Part shown: positions 17,487 through 26,089 of the stretch, piece by piece | Layout: every line of letters begins with the position of its first letter | Position numbering within the stretch: the first letter of the stretch is position 1 | Source of the DNA: Candidatus Zixiibacteriota bacterium | GTDB taxonomy: Bacteria; Zixibacteria; MSB-5A5; GN15; FEB-12 | Direction of reading: 5' to 3' | NCBI GenBank assembly: GCA_041742355.1 | Contig: JBGSIV010000034.1 | Coordinates: 1-26,221 of the forward strand | DNA length: 26,221 nt | Translations under genes and position numbers: made by a program | The notes under the pieces: model-generated | The model's input: the letters and a program-made list of their open reading frames with translations, nothing else | Told to the model about the DNA's origin: nothing | Databases searched by the model: none

Positions 17487-18416
17487 TCACCGGACACGCG
17501 CGATGAGCTTTGCATCGCGCCGTTCCCGATACAACTGCCCGATCTCGGCCCCGAGCATGAAGACCACGGCCGAGTAGTAAATCCAGAACGCTGCCACGAT
17601 GAAGAACAGGTACGTCCCGTAAATCACCGGCAACGCGGTGGCGTTGCTCAGGTACACCGCAAACGCCTGCTTGGCCACCTCCCACAACAGCGCCGCCCAG
17701 AACGCGCTCACCAGCACCACCCGCCGTTCCATCTTGGCGTACGGCACGAAGTAGTACAGGCTCCAGAACGCGAGGTACATGATCGCAAACGACGCCGCAT
17801 ACACCACCGCCTGTTGCACCCGGCCGAACTCGTCCTCGGTCAGCCCGCCGTACTTGTGCGCTTCCTGCACCAGCACGTTGAGCAGCGGCAGGGTTATCAC
17901 CGAGATGAGGAAGAATCCGATCACCAGGAGGACCATGCCGAGATCGCGCAATTTGCCGATCAGCATGTGCTTGGAGTCCTCGGTGTGGAAGATCAGGTTG
18001 AGCACGGTGCGCATCGCGGAAAACAGCCCGCTCGCCGCGAACAAAAGGCCGATCGCGCCGATTATCCCCGCCACGTTGCGCCACTCGGCGAATTCATCGA
18101 GGCGGGAAAAGATGAACTGCTTCGGTTCCTCGGTGTATTTTTCGTAGGGAATGACCCGATCGATCCAGACCGACAGCTCCTGTTGTACCTGCTGGCGCTC
18201 CAGCACTGTCCCGAGGACGAAAAAGAGAATGAGCACCATCGGCACGACACAGACGAAGAGTGAGAAGGCGATTCCCCCGGCGTGGAGGAACACGTGATGG
18301 CGGTCGACCCGGTCGTACAGGCCGCCGAAGTAGTGTTTCAGCCAGCGCCAGACGGCCCCCCAGGAGGGAAGCCACGGCGGGCGATGAAACCGGGCTGTTT
18401 TCGTTCGCGTTGCCAT
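17487..18416 (-). CDS. YihY / virulence factor BrkB family membrane protein
   Basis: Motifs AGGIAFS...VP, AASGLF.AM...LN, LYYFVP, LLWEVAK.AF.VY, IYG and WIYYSA...LGAE. The start may be 18434. Confidence 0.9.
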   Translation of the reverse strand: MATRTKTARFHRPPWLPSWGAVWRWLKHYFGGLYDRVDRHHVFLHAGGIAFSLFVCVVPMVLILFFVLGTVLERQQVQQELSVWIDRVIPYEKYTEEPKQFIFSRLDEFAEWRNVAGIIGAIGLLFAASGLFSAMRTVLNLIFHTEDSKHMLIGKLRDLGMVLLVIGFFLISVITLPLLNVLVQEAHKYGGLTEDEFGRVQQAVVYAASFAIMYLAFWSLYYFVPYAKMERRVVLVSAFWAALLWEVAKQAFAVYLSNATALPVIYGTYLFFIVAAFWIYYSAVVFMLGAEIGQLYRERRDAKLIARVR

Positions 18417-18574
18417 TCTCTCACTGCTGCCCATTTCCCCCAATAAGCTGTGCCACAACGAACCTGTCAAGGCGGGGCGTTCAATGGCCGGCTGTTCCCA
18501 GCCCCTTTTCGCTTGCCCGGGGCACGACCTCGCAGCATCTTCCGCCATCACGCCAAACCGCGAGGATTGAGGCT

Positions 18575-19345
18575 ATGCCGACGAGCAAACCGTACACGCA
18601 GCTTCCCCTGGTCTGGGATCAGATGGGTCAGGATCGCCATTCGATCAGGATGGTCTCCTATACGCTGGAGATCATGAAGCGTCACAAGATCCGCGCCACC
18701 ACGGGGCTGGATCTTTGCTGCGGCACCGGCACGGCGATCAGTCGTTTCCTCGACCACGGGTTTGTCATGGCCGGTCTTGACGGCTCGGCGGAGATGCTCG
18801 CGCTCGCGGCGAAGAAACTGCGCGGCCGGGGGGTTCGCCTCTACCAGAAGATGCTCCCCAAGTTCCGGCTCATTCCCGACGACGATTCGCGCGGCACGGT
18901 GCGCTTCGACTTTGTCACCAGCTTCTACGATTCCCTGAACTACATGCTCACCGCCGAGGACCTCGGGCTGGCGTTCAAGTCGGTCGCCAACCATTTGAAC
19001 GACGGCGGCTGGTTCATTTTCGACATGAACACGAAAGAGGCGTTGACCAATATCTGGGGGGGGCATGTCTACGCCGACAGCCGCGACGATATCGCCTGGG
19101 TCTGGAAGAACGACTTCGACCGCCGCTCGGCCACGGCCACCTGCCTGACGACGACATTCGTGCGCGAGGGGGACCACTGGCGGCGGTTCGACGAGAACCA
19201 TGTCGAGGCGGCCTACAGCAACACGCGGATCCAACAGCTCCTGAAAGCGGCCGGCTTCGTCGTCCGGGGTTACTACGGGTGCCACCGTTTCACCCGCCCG
19301 AACCGCGAGACGCTGCGCATCTGCGCGGTGGCGCAGAAGAAGTAA
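18575..19345 (+). CDS. Class I SAM-dependent methyltransferase
   Basis: Motifs LDLCCGTG, GLDGSAEML, YDSLNY and GGWFIFD. ATG at 18575 after GAGG. Confidence 0.9.
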   Translation: MPTSKPYTQLPLVWDQMGQDRHSIRMVSYTLEIMKRHKIRATTGLDLCCGTGTAISRFLDHGFVMAGLDGSAEMLALAAKKLRGRGVRLYQKMLPKFRLIPDDDSRGTVRFDFVTSFYDSLNYMLTAEDLGLAFKSVANHLNDGGWFIFDMNTKEALTNIWGGHVYADSRDDIAWVWKNDFDRRSATATCLTTTFVREGDHWRRFDENHVEAAYSNTRIQQLLKAAGFVVRGYYGCHRFTRPNRETLRICAVAQKK

Positions 19346-19365
19346 TTAGCCGAAGCGAGCGACGT

Positions 19366-19452
19366 TTGTAGGGCGGGAGTCCTTCTGACTCCCGCCTCTT
19401 CTGGCTTGAGCCATCTTCAAGCGGCAGGAGCCTGGGGGCTCCTGCCCTACAA
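19366..19452. repeat. REPIN-like element: two inverted GTAG-type REP palindromes
   Basis: TTGTAG-GGCGGGAGTC-cttct-GACTCCCGCC and the inverted copy GGCAGGAGCC-tggg-GGCTCCTGCC-CTACAA, located between convergent genes. Confidence 0.7.
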
Positions 19453-19471
19453 CTCATCTGTCCTCTGCGCC

Positions 19472-19765
19472 CTACTGCTGATAGTATCCGCCGGGGCTGC
19501 CGCCTGAATGGCGGTTGGCCAGATCCCGATTGATCTTCTCGGCTGATTTGTATGCGTCGTACATCCCCCAGATCCACAGGATCGGCGTCGTGATAAACCC
19601 GATGAGGATAATCATGAGCAGGGCCGAGAAGCTGTAGATGATAATGAAGAAGATCCCTTTGGCGAGCTCGCCGTTGTAGATCTGACCCAGACCCATCCAG
19701 AAGAACGACAGCACCGCCGCCAGGCCCGGGTTTTTATAGAAGATCGGTGAGGAACCGTTGGTCAT
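19472..19765 (-). CDS. Small TM2-like membrane protein
   Basis: KNPGLAAVLSFFWMGLGQIYNG...KG followed by a hydrophobic helix and DAY. Confidence 0.8.
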   Translation of the reverse strand: MTNGSSPIFYKNPGLAAVLSFFWMGLGQIYNGELAKGIFFIIIYSFSALLMIILIGFITTPILWIWGMYDAYKSAEKINRDLANRHSGGSPGGYYQQ

Positions 19766-19915
19766 ACCTTGTTCCCTTCTGAAGCATTCTTTGCTCGTTC
19801 CTGTCCATATTATTCACAATTCATCGGGCTATTCAACGCTTTTTTTGGTGTTATATCAGATAGCTGCTCCCCATCGCCGATACCCCGATCAAGGCCCGAG
19901 TTCGAAAGGAAACCG

Positions 19916-20461
19916 ATGCTGAAGCATATACTCATATGTGGCTATACGGCGCTGCGGCTCATGTTGTTCTGTGTGGGCTGCTCGGGAGATATGGTAACCA
20001 CCAGAGCCCAACGCGGCGCCGAACTCCATCCCGCCGTCGTTTCCGGTTTCACCGATTCCGTTGCCGTCGCCGAGAGCGAGGAATTTGCCGCGCTGTTGAC
20101 CGACGGCCAGATGCTGTTCCGGCAGGAGAAATACGGCGAAGCGGTGGCCATATTGCGGCAGGCGGTTGCGCTCGATCCGCGCCACTGGCAGCCGTACTAC
20201 TTCCTCGGCCTGGTCAAGACACAGACGGAAGAATACGGCGTGGCCGACGCGTTCCTCACAACCAGCCTCGACTTGGCCCCGCCCGACAACCGGGTGCGCT
20301 GCCAGGTCTACCTCGCCCTCGGGGAAAACTGTGAGGCCCAAGCCCTTTACGGCCAGGCGGTGCGGCATTACCGCACCGCGCTCGATCTGCATCCCGGATC
20401 CGACGTCGCCCGCCAGGGGCTTGCGCGACTCAGCGACCATCACGAACTGTCCGGGCGGTGA
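19916..20461 (+). CDS. TPR-repeat (lipo)protein
   Basis: ATG at 19916 after AAGGA, lipobox-like VGC and three TPR motifs (G...F....Y.EA.......A..LDP). Confidence 0.8.
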   Translation: MLKHILICGYTALRLMLFCVGCSGDMVTTRAQRGAELHPAVVSGFTDSVAVAESEEFAALLTDGQMLFRQEKYGEAVAILRQAVALDPRHWQPYYFLGLVKTQTEEYGVADAFLTTSLDLAPPDNRVRCQVYLALGENCEAQALYGQAVRHYRTALDLHPGSDVARQGLARLSDHHELSGR

Positions 20462-20505
20462 TATTTTTCCCCCGCCGGCGACACCATCGCCTATATTAGT
20501 CTACT

Positions 20506-21180
20506 ATGGACCGGTCATACCCCACCTACCGCCTCGGCCCGGATTTCCGGGCCCGCCTCGCCCGCTTTCGCGAGCGGTTTCTCCTGGAGGGCTTCGACGA
20601 ATTCGCGGCTGAATTCGCCAACCTCGATCAATTCATCTGCCGGGCCTGGAGCGAGGACTCCCCCGAAAAGGAAATCCGTCGCACGCCGAAAGAAGAGTAC
20701 CTGCTTGAGGCGCTCTCATTCTCCGTCCTCGATGAACTCCACCGCGATGCGTTCAATAAAGCAAAACACACGCTGATCATACTTCCCGACTGCCTGACCC
20801 TTCACAACCCCGCCTGCGAAAAGGTCGAGAGCCGCTTCGGCGACACCTGTATCCAGTGCGAGAAGTCCTGCCAGTCCTACCATGTCACCGACCTGGCCAA
20901 CCGCTACGGCGCATATGTAGCCTTCTCCAAACGCGATCTGTCGTCGCAGTTGGAGCACTACAAAGAGGAACTGGCCGATTTCGGCGTGATCGGCGTCGCC
21001 TGTATCGTGATGCTTGCATCCGGCATGCGCACCGCGGCCGAGATGGGCATTCCGGCCCGGGGTGTGCTGCTCAGTTTCACCGGCTGCGAGCACTGGAACG
21101 ACAGTCCTTTCACCAGCGCTTTCCCCATAAGCTGGCTCAACGCGATCCTCGAGGAGAAGCGGGTGGCGCAGGGGGGGTAG
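20506..21180 (+). CDS. DUF116 domain, Cys-rich putative metal-binding protein
   Basis: Motifs ILPDCL...C...C..C...C, IGVAC and GV.L...GC. Confidence 0.75.
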   Translation: MDRSYPTYRLGPDFRARLARFRERFLLEGFDEFAAEFANLDQFICRAWSEDSPEKEIRRTPKEEYLLEALSFSVLDELHRDAFNKAKHTLIILPDCLTLHNPACEKVESRFGDTCIQCEKSCQSYHVTDLANRYGAYVAFSKRDLSSQLEHYKEELADFGVIGVACIVMLASGMRTAAEMGIPARGVLLSFTGCEHWNDSPFTSAFPISWLNAILEEKRVAQGG

Positions 21181-21236
21181 GCGGATCCCTGATTCGCCGG
21201 GATGATTTTGGCTGAGCGTTGGCATAGGGCAGCACC

Positions 21237-21266
21237 TGTCATGCTTCGACTACGCTCAGCATGACA
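21237..21266. repeat. Palindromic REP-like element
   Basis: TGTCATGCT-tcgactacgctc-AGCATGACA, a 9-bp stem. Confidence 0.55.
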
Positions 21267-21270
21267 TTCT

Positions 21271-21387
21271 GGGATCCCACAGCAAGCTGTGGGCGACCCA
21301 TTCTGTGTGACGTAGGGATCCCACAGGAAGCTGTGGGCGACCCATTCTCTGTAACTCATCGATCCCACAGCAAGCTGTGGGCGACCC
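21271..21387. repeat. Three tandem palindromic repeats with a 44-bp period
   Basis: Core GATCCCACAG(C/G)AAGCTGTGGGCGACCC at 21273, 21317 and 21361, separated by two 17-nt linkers. Confidence 0.9.
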
Positions 21388-21487
21388 GTCCGTCCATTCT
21401 CCCTCTTGCCCCATCGCCTTCCTTCTACTACATTTCCTGCATGCCAACATCGCTCCTGCTACATCACAATCGCCGGGGAGTATCGCC

Positions 21488-21922
21488 ATGCCGCGTGAAC
21501 TGCGTAAACTGACGATCGATGATTACGACGCCCTGATCAATCTCTGGGGGGATGCCGGACTATCCTACCGCCCGCTCGGCCGCGATTCGCGCGACAAGAT
21601 CGAAATCGAAATGCACCGCGCCGACACCGCGTTCATGGGTATCTTCGAGGACGGCCGCCTCATCGCCACCGCGCTGGCCACCTACGATGGCCGCAAGGGG
21701 TGGATGAACCGCCTTGCCGTGCATCCCGATGAACGCCGTCGGGGACTCGCCGCCGAGGTCCTTCGGGCCGGTGAGGAGTTTCTCCGGAGCCACGGCGCGG
21801 AGATTATCGCCTGCTTGATCGAGGAGTGGAATCTTCCGTCGATGGAGTTCGCCACCAAGCACGGCTACCTCCACAGCCCCGACGTCCACTACTTCTCGAA
21901 GCGGAAGTCGGACGAAACCTGA
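21488..21922 (+). CDS. GNAT family N-acetyltransferase
   Basis: YDGRKGWMNRLAVHPDERRRGLA acetyl-CoA motif. ATG at 21488 after GGGGAG. Confidence 0.92.
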   Translation: MPRELRKLTIDDYDALINLWGDAGLSYRPLGRDSRDKIEIEMHRADTAFMGIFEDGRLIATALATYDGRKGWMNRLAVHPDERRRGLAAEVLRAGEEFLRSHGAEIIACLIEEWNLPSMEFATKHGYLHSPDVHYFSKRKSDET

Positions 21923-22003
21923 CCAGAGCTGTCACGGCGGCGAATTCGCACCTAAGTGTTCATACGTGGGATTCCCGCAGGGCCCGGGCTGCCAACAAAA
22001 TTG

Positions 22004-22040
22004 TTGACTCGCTCAGTCCCCTTTGTTACTCTTTTCACAA
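22004..22040 (+). promoter_or_regulatory. sigma70 promoter overlapped by a Rex-like operator
   Basis: TTGACT (22004-22009), 17-nt spacer, TACTCT (22027-22032) with an extended TG. TTGTtAc-tctt-TTCACAA (22023-22040) matches 12/14 positions of TTGTGAA-N4-TTCACAA. Confidence 0.6.
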
Positions 22041-22108
22041 ACACTGTGACTTTCACACTCCGGTCCGCCCCTGTGGGTTCATCCCCGGAGTCGCTGCGGA
22101 GGTAATTC

Positions 22109-23620
22109 ATGAACTACCCCTTCTGGGATGTCGGAGTCGGCTACGGCGTTCTCATGGCCATCATCGCCGTCGTCCACGTCTTCGTCTCCCACTTCGCGAT
22201 CGGCGGCGGTCTCTACCTCGTGGTAGCCGAACGCGCCGCCCGACGCACCGATGACACCGCGCGGCTGGATTTCATCCAGCGCCTGAGCAAGTTCTTCGTG
22301 CTCGTCTCGGTGGTCTTCGGCGCGCTCACCGGGGTGGGGATCTGGTTTATCATCGGCCTGTTGAACCCGGCCGCCACCGAGGCCCTCATCCACAACTTTG
22401 TCTGGGGCTGGGCGACCGAGTGGTGTTTCTTCGTTATCGAGATCCTCGCCGCCCTCTTGTATTTCTACGGCTGGTCGCGCATGTCGGGCCGCAACCACAT
22501 GATTATCGGCTGGATCTACTTCGGCGCCGCCTGGATCTCGCTGGTGATCATCAACGGCATCGTCACCTTCATGCTCACCCCCGGCGAGTGGATCGCGACG
22601 GGCAATTTCTGGGACGGCTTCTTCAACCCGACCTACTGGTCCTCGCTGGTGTTGCGCACGGGCATTTGCATCATGCTTGCCGGCCTCTACGCCCTGTTGG
22701 TGGCGTCGCGCTACACCGCGTCGGACTTCAAAGCCCGCACTGTCCGCTACAACGCCCTCTGGGCGGTTGTCGGGCTCGCGGTCGTGGTACCCTCGGTCTT
22801 CTGGTACTTCAGCGACATCCCGGCCGACATGATGGCCGCCGCGCGCGCGGCGATGAACATCCCGTTCGCCGCGCTTGACCTGATGTACTGGCTCACCGGG
22901 ATCGTCGCAGCGCTGGTTATTATCTTCGGCCTGCTGATTCCGCGCGCGTATCACACCGCGATCGGCGTGGCCGTGATGGCTCTCGGCCTGACCTGGTTCG
23001 GGTCGTACGAGTGGTTCCGGGAGGCGTTGCGCAAGCCGTATGTCATCACCGGCTATATGTATGCCAACGCGATCGAGATTCCCAATGTCCCGACCTACCA
23101 GGCAGAGGGGCTGCTGGCACACATCACGTACAAGACCGACGATCCCGGCGCCGACCTTTTCCGCCGCGCCTGCCGCACGTGCCACACGATGACCGGCTAC
23201 AACGCGCTGAAGCCGGTGTTCGACGGCACCGACGAGGAGTTCATCGCCGGGATGGTCATGGGTACCGGCGCCACGCGGGGGAATATGCCTCCGTGGGTCG
23301 GCACCGAGGCCGAAGCGAGACTGATCGCCGCGCACATCTACCAACAAGTGGACAAGCGCCCGCTCGCCGAGATCACCGGTCTCCACGGTGTCGAGCTCGG
23401 CCGCAAGGTCTACGACCTCCGGTGCGGTTCCTGTCATCAGTTCGGCGGCTACAACGACAAGACCGCCTCCCTCGCCGGCCTCACCGCCGAGGACTACCAC
23501 GGCATCCTCGACATGGCCGATGACCTCGGCGAGGAAATGCCCGCTTTCACCGGCACGCAGGAGGAGCGCGACGCTCTCGTGCAGTTCCTCCAGACTATCA
23601 CCGAAGGAGGTGTGCAGTGA
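22109..23620 (+). CDS. Cytochrome bd-superfamily subunit I (CydA-like) fused to two c-type cytochrome domains
   Basis: CydA-like motifs HVFVSHFAIGG, GALTGVG, WATEW.FF..E, NG..TFMLTPG.W, FFNP and WFREALRKPY. C-terminal CRTCH and CGSCH, each with a distal Met (NMP, EMP). Confidence 0.88.
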   Translation: MNYPFWDVGVGYGVLMAIIAVVHVFVSHFAIGGGLYLVVAERAARRTDDTARLDFIQRLSKFFVLVSVVFGALTGVGIWFIIGLLNPAATEALIHNFVWGWATEWCFFVIEILAALLYFYGWSRMSGRNHMIIGWIYFGAAWISLVIINGIVTFMLTPGEWIATGNFWDGFFNPTYWSSLVLRTGICIMLAGLYALLVASRYTASDFKARTVRYNALWAVVGLAVVVPSVFWYFSDIPADMMAAARAAMNIPFAALDLMYWLTGIVAALVIIFGLLIPRAYHTAIGVAVMALGLTWFGSYEWFREALRKPYVITGYMYANAIEIPNVPTYQAEGLLAHITYKTDDPGADLFRRACRTCHTMTGYNALKPVFDGTDEEFIAGMVMGTGATRGNMPPWVGTEAEARLIAAHIYQQVDKRPLAEITGLHGVELGRKVYDLRCGSCHQFGGYNDKTASLAGLTAEDYHGILDMADDLGEEMPAFTGTQEERDALVQFLQTITEGGVQ

Positions 23621-24702
23621 ACAACCTTCCCGACTACCAGTTTCTGCCGGCGCCGCTCTGGCTGATCACCGTGCTGCACATTCTCACGCTCACGCTGCAT
23701 CTGGCCGCGATGAACTTCCTGCTCGGCGGGCTGATCATTGTCCTCTTCGGCAAGTTCACCGACCGGTGGAACCATCCGGTGGTGCAGCAGTTTATCAAGC
23801 TCTTCCCGGCCGCGATGGCGGCCACGGTCACGCTCGGCGTGGCGCCGCTATTGTTTGTGCAGCTCGTCTATCCCGTGCAGACGTACAGCGCCGCGATTGT
23901 GACCGCCTGGTTCTTCCTCGCGATAGTCGCGGCGGTGATTGTCGCCTACTACTTCCTCTACGCGAGTTCTTTCGCCCGGAAGGGGTCGTCGCGGTACCCG
24001 GCGTTCATGACGGTTTCCCTGCTGCTTCTCCTGTATGTCTCGTTCACCTACAGCAATGTCTTCTCGATAGCGGAACGTCCCGCTCTGGCCGCGCAGCTCT
24101 ATGCCGGCAATCAGTCCGGCTTCCAGCTCAACCCGAATGTCGGCGAGTGGATCTGGCGCTGGCTCCACATGGTTCTCGGCGCGGTCACGGTCGCGGGGTT
24201 CTTTGTCGGCCTCATCGGCCGCAAACACGAGGAAGCCTTCAATACCGGCAAGACGTTCTTTCTCTGGGGGATGGTCGGCGCCATGATGGTCGGCCTGGTC
24301 TACCTGCTGACTTTGGCCGATATCCTCAAGCCGATCATGCGTTCCCCGGCGATCTGGTGGATGACGGTCTCAATCATCCTCTCCCTGGGCTCGCTCCATT
24401 TCTTCTTCAAGAAGAGGTTTCTCCCGGCGAGCCTGATGTTATTCGTGTCGCTCTTGGGCATGGTTGTCCTGCGGCACTATGTCCGGCTCATCCAGTTGCA
24501 GGATCATTTCGATCCGGCCGCGTGGGTGATCAAACCGCAGTGGGGCGTGTTCATCATGTTCCTCGTCTGCTTCGTGCTCGCGCTCGGGCTGGTGTGGTAC
24601 ATGCTGAAGCTGTTCTTCCGCAAGCCGGATCTGATGACGGTCAATATCGGCGGTCGCAAGGATCCGGAGCGGTCGGGCCTGTCCGAGCCGGTTGACCGGT
24701 AG
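23617..24702 (+). CDS. Second bd-type subunit (CydA'-like multi-TM protein)
   Basis: GTGA overlap with the upstream gene, about 9 TM segments, and motifs TLHLAAMN, TVTLGVAPLLFVQ and RWLHMVLG. Confidence 0.75.
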   Translation: MNNLPDYQFLPAPLWLITVLHILTLTLHLAAMNFLLGGLIIVLFGKFTDRWNHPVVQQFIKLFPAAMAATVTLGVAPLLFVQLVYPVQTYSAAIVTAWFFLAIVAAVIVAYYFLYASSFARKGSSRYPAFMTVSLLLLLYVSFTYSNVFSIAERPALAAQLYAGNQSGFQLNPNVGEWIWRWLHMVLGAVTVAGFFVGLIGRKHEEAFNTGKTFFLWGMVGAMMVGLVYLLTLADILKPIMRSPAIWWMTVSIILSLGSLHFFFKKRFLPASLMLFVSLLGMVVLRHYVRLIQLQDHFDPAAWVIKPQWGVFIMFLVCFVLALGLVWYMLKLFFRKPDLMTVNIGGRKDPERSGLSEPVDR

Positions 24703-24724
24703 GGGACAGATCGAACTGATTGTT

Positions 24725-24757
24725 GTTGGGCGGGAGTCTGTGGGCTCCCGCCTTTTC
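24725..24757 (+). terminator. Terminator hairpin resembling the REP at 19368
   Basis: GGCGGGAGTC-tgtg-GGCTCCCGCC-TTTT; the left arm is identical to that of the REP at 19372. Confidence 0.6.
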
Positions 24758-24857
24758 TTATTTACTTCGCCTTGTCGACGCGAGCGGGTTTGAGGTGCTT
24801 TCCCGGCGACGGGTTCGTTCGATACGCGGCCGATGTGGACATCGGCCGCGCACATGT

Positions 24858-24917
24858 GCAGGGTCACACGCTTTCCCTCGCTCCGCTCGGGGTCGCGCAA
24901 GACCCTGGGGAACGGGG
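24858..24917. repeat. 60-nt palindromic dispersed repeat, copy 1
   Basis: 50/60 identical to 25910-25969, with outer stem CAGGGTC...GACCCTG. Confidence 0.8.
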
Positions 24918-24930
24918 GGTTGAAACGCCC

Positions 24931-25797
24931 CTAATTGAAAGGATTCGGGAAGTTCTGGCCGAGATAGAATTCTGTCGGCAATTGGGCCTGAGTCTCATTG
25001 ATACGTCTCGGCCGCTCGATGTTGCGGTCTCCCGGCTCCCGAGGACCCGCAGTCGCTGGCGGGGGGTCCCACGTGAGATTGATATCAACGCCGTGAGATT
25101 CAACCGTTTTCGTGAACTCCTGGGAGGCACCGGAGATGGTGTCTGTCAGTACGATGGTGATCGTATCCGTGTATCTGAACTCACCCAAAGCCACGCCGAT
25201 TTCATTGGTCCGGAGCAGTTCGGGCAGAGTGAAGAGGTTTGGGAACCGCAAGCTGTCCTCGCACGTCAGAGTGCCGACTGAGTTGGTATAACCGAGGATA
25301 CTCACGTCCGGATCGGGTTGCCAGAGAACCGCCAGAACCGTGTCTTGAAAAAGCACCTCGCCTGCGTCGCCAGCCGCCCGCAGAATAAACTGATACACTC
25401 CGTCGTTAAGCGCTTCTTCGGCGTCGAGGCCACTCCACTGAGTGTTGTAGACACCGGCATTACTGTATTCGTCATGTAAGAGGGAAACTCGATGCCCGGC
25501 GATATCACGAACCTCCAAGCTCGCTGAGCAAGCCACGGGCAGAGCGAAAACCAGGCCTGTGGAGAATGCCGGTTCCGTTGGCCCGAGAATGCGCCCCAAC
25601 AGCCCGGAAAAGACGGGTGGTGTCATGTGGTGCCACATGCTCACTCGCAAGTTCTCCACTGGAGAGCTCGCCGCATCCGTCGCGACGATCTTCACAACGT
25701 AGTCCGGCTGCGAATTGGTGATATCGTCGTCGTCTGAGCAGACGCATAGCCAAAGGAGCAACAGCCCCATCGCCGCAATACCTATGGTGCGAGTCAT
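24931..25797 (-). CDS. Lipoprotein with an internal FlgD-Ig-like domain and a terminal QNFPNPFN motif
   Basis: ATG at 25797 after GGAGG and lipobox-like CVC followed by SDDDD. FlgD-like segment FALPVACSASLEVRDIAGHRV..L......AGVY...W.G.......DGVY. The protein ends LPTEFYLGQNFPNPFN*. Confidence 0.8.
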   Translation of the reverse strand: MTRTIGIAAMGLLLLWLCVCSDDDDITNSQPDYVVKIVATDAASSPVENLRVSMWHHMTPPVFSGLLGRILGPTEPAFSTGLVFALPVACSASLEVRDIAGHRVSLLHDEYSNAGVYNTQWSGLDAEEALNDGVYQFILRAAGDAGEVLFQDTVLAVLWQPDPDVSILGYTNSVGTLTCEDSLRFPNLFTLPELLRTNEIGVALGEFRYTDTITIVLTDTISGASQEFTKTVESHGVDINLTWDPPPATAGPREPGDRNIERPRRINETQAQLPTEFYLGQNFPNPFN

Positions 25798-25909
25798 TCG
25801 GACCTCCCTACGTTTTTGCTGCATAGTTGATCTTCAATGTGGCCGAGTTAGTCCAGAATACCGGCCCTGCCAAGGATTGTCAAGCGGAGGTTGCGGGGTG
25901 AGATTCTCC

Positions 25910-25969
25910 GCAGGGTCTCACGCTCTCCCTTGCTTTGCCCGGGGCCGCGCACGGCCCTGCGGAACGGGG
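25910..25969. repeat. 60-nt palindromic dispersed repeat, copy 2
   Basis: 50/60 identical to 24858-24917, in the same orientation. Confidence 0.8.
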
Positions 25970-26089
25970 ATGGGTTTGTTTGCGCGTCTTCGGAGCATTG
26001 CTGTTTCTCCCGTCAAGCACCCAGAGCGGTGCTTGACCTACCGCCGATGGAATTAGGTTCGTTTGTGACCGCCCGGGGGTGACGCAAGG

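Noticed and set aside
16858..18416. Conserved yihX-yihY operon as in E. coli
   Set aside because: The genes are convergent here, so the adjacency is probably coincidental.
21271..21387. CRISPR array
   Set aside because: Only three repeats, 17-nt linkers that share a prefix, and no cas genes or leader. Kept as a REP-like array.
22079..24695. Long alternative ORFs 22079..23500(-) and 23388..24695(+); likewise 9454..10662(-) and 11540..12463(-)
   Set aside because: They overlap well-supported genes in other frames or strands and carry no motifs.
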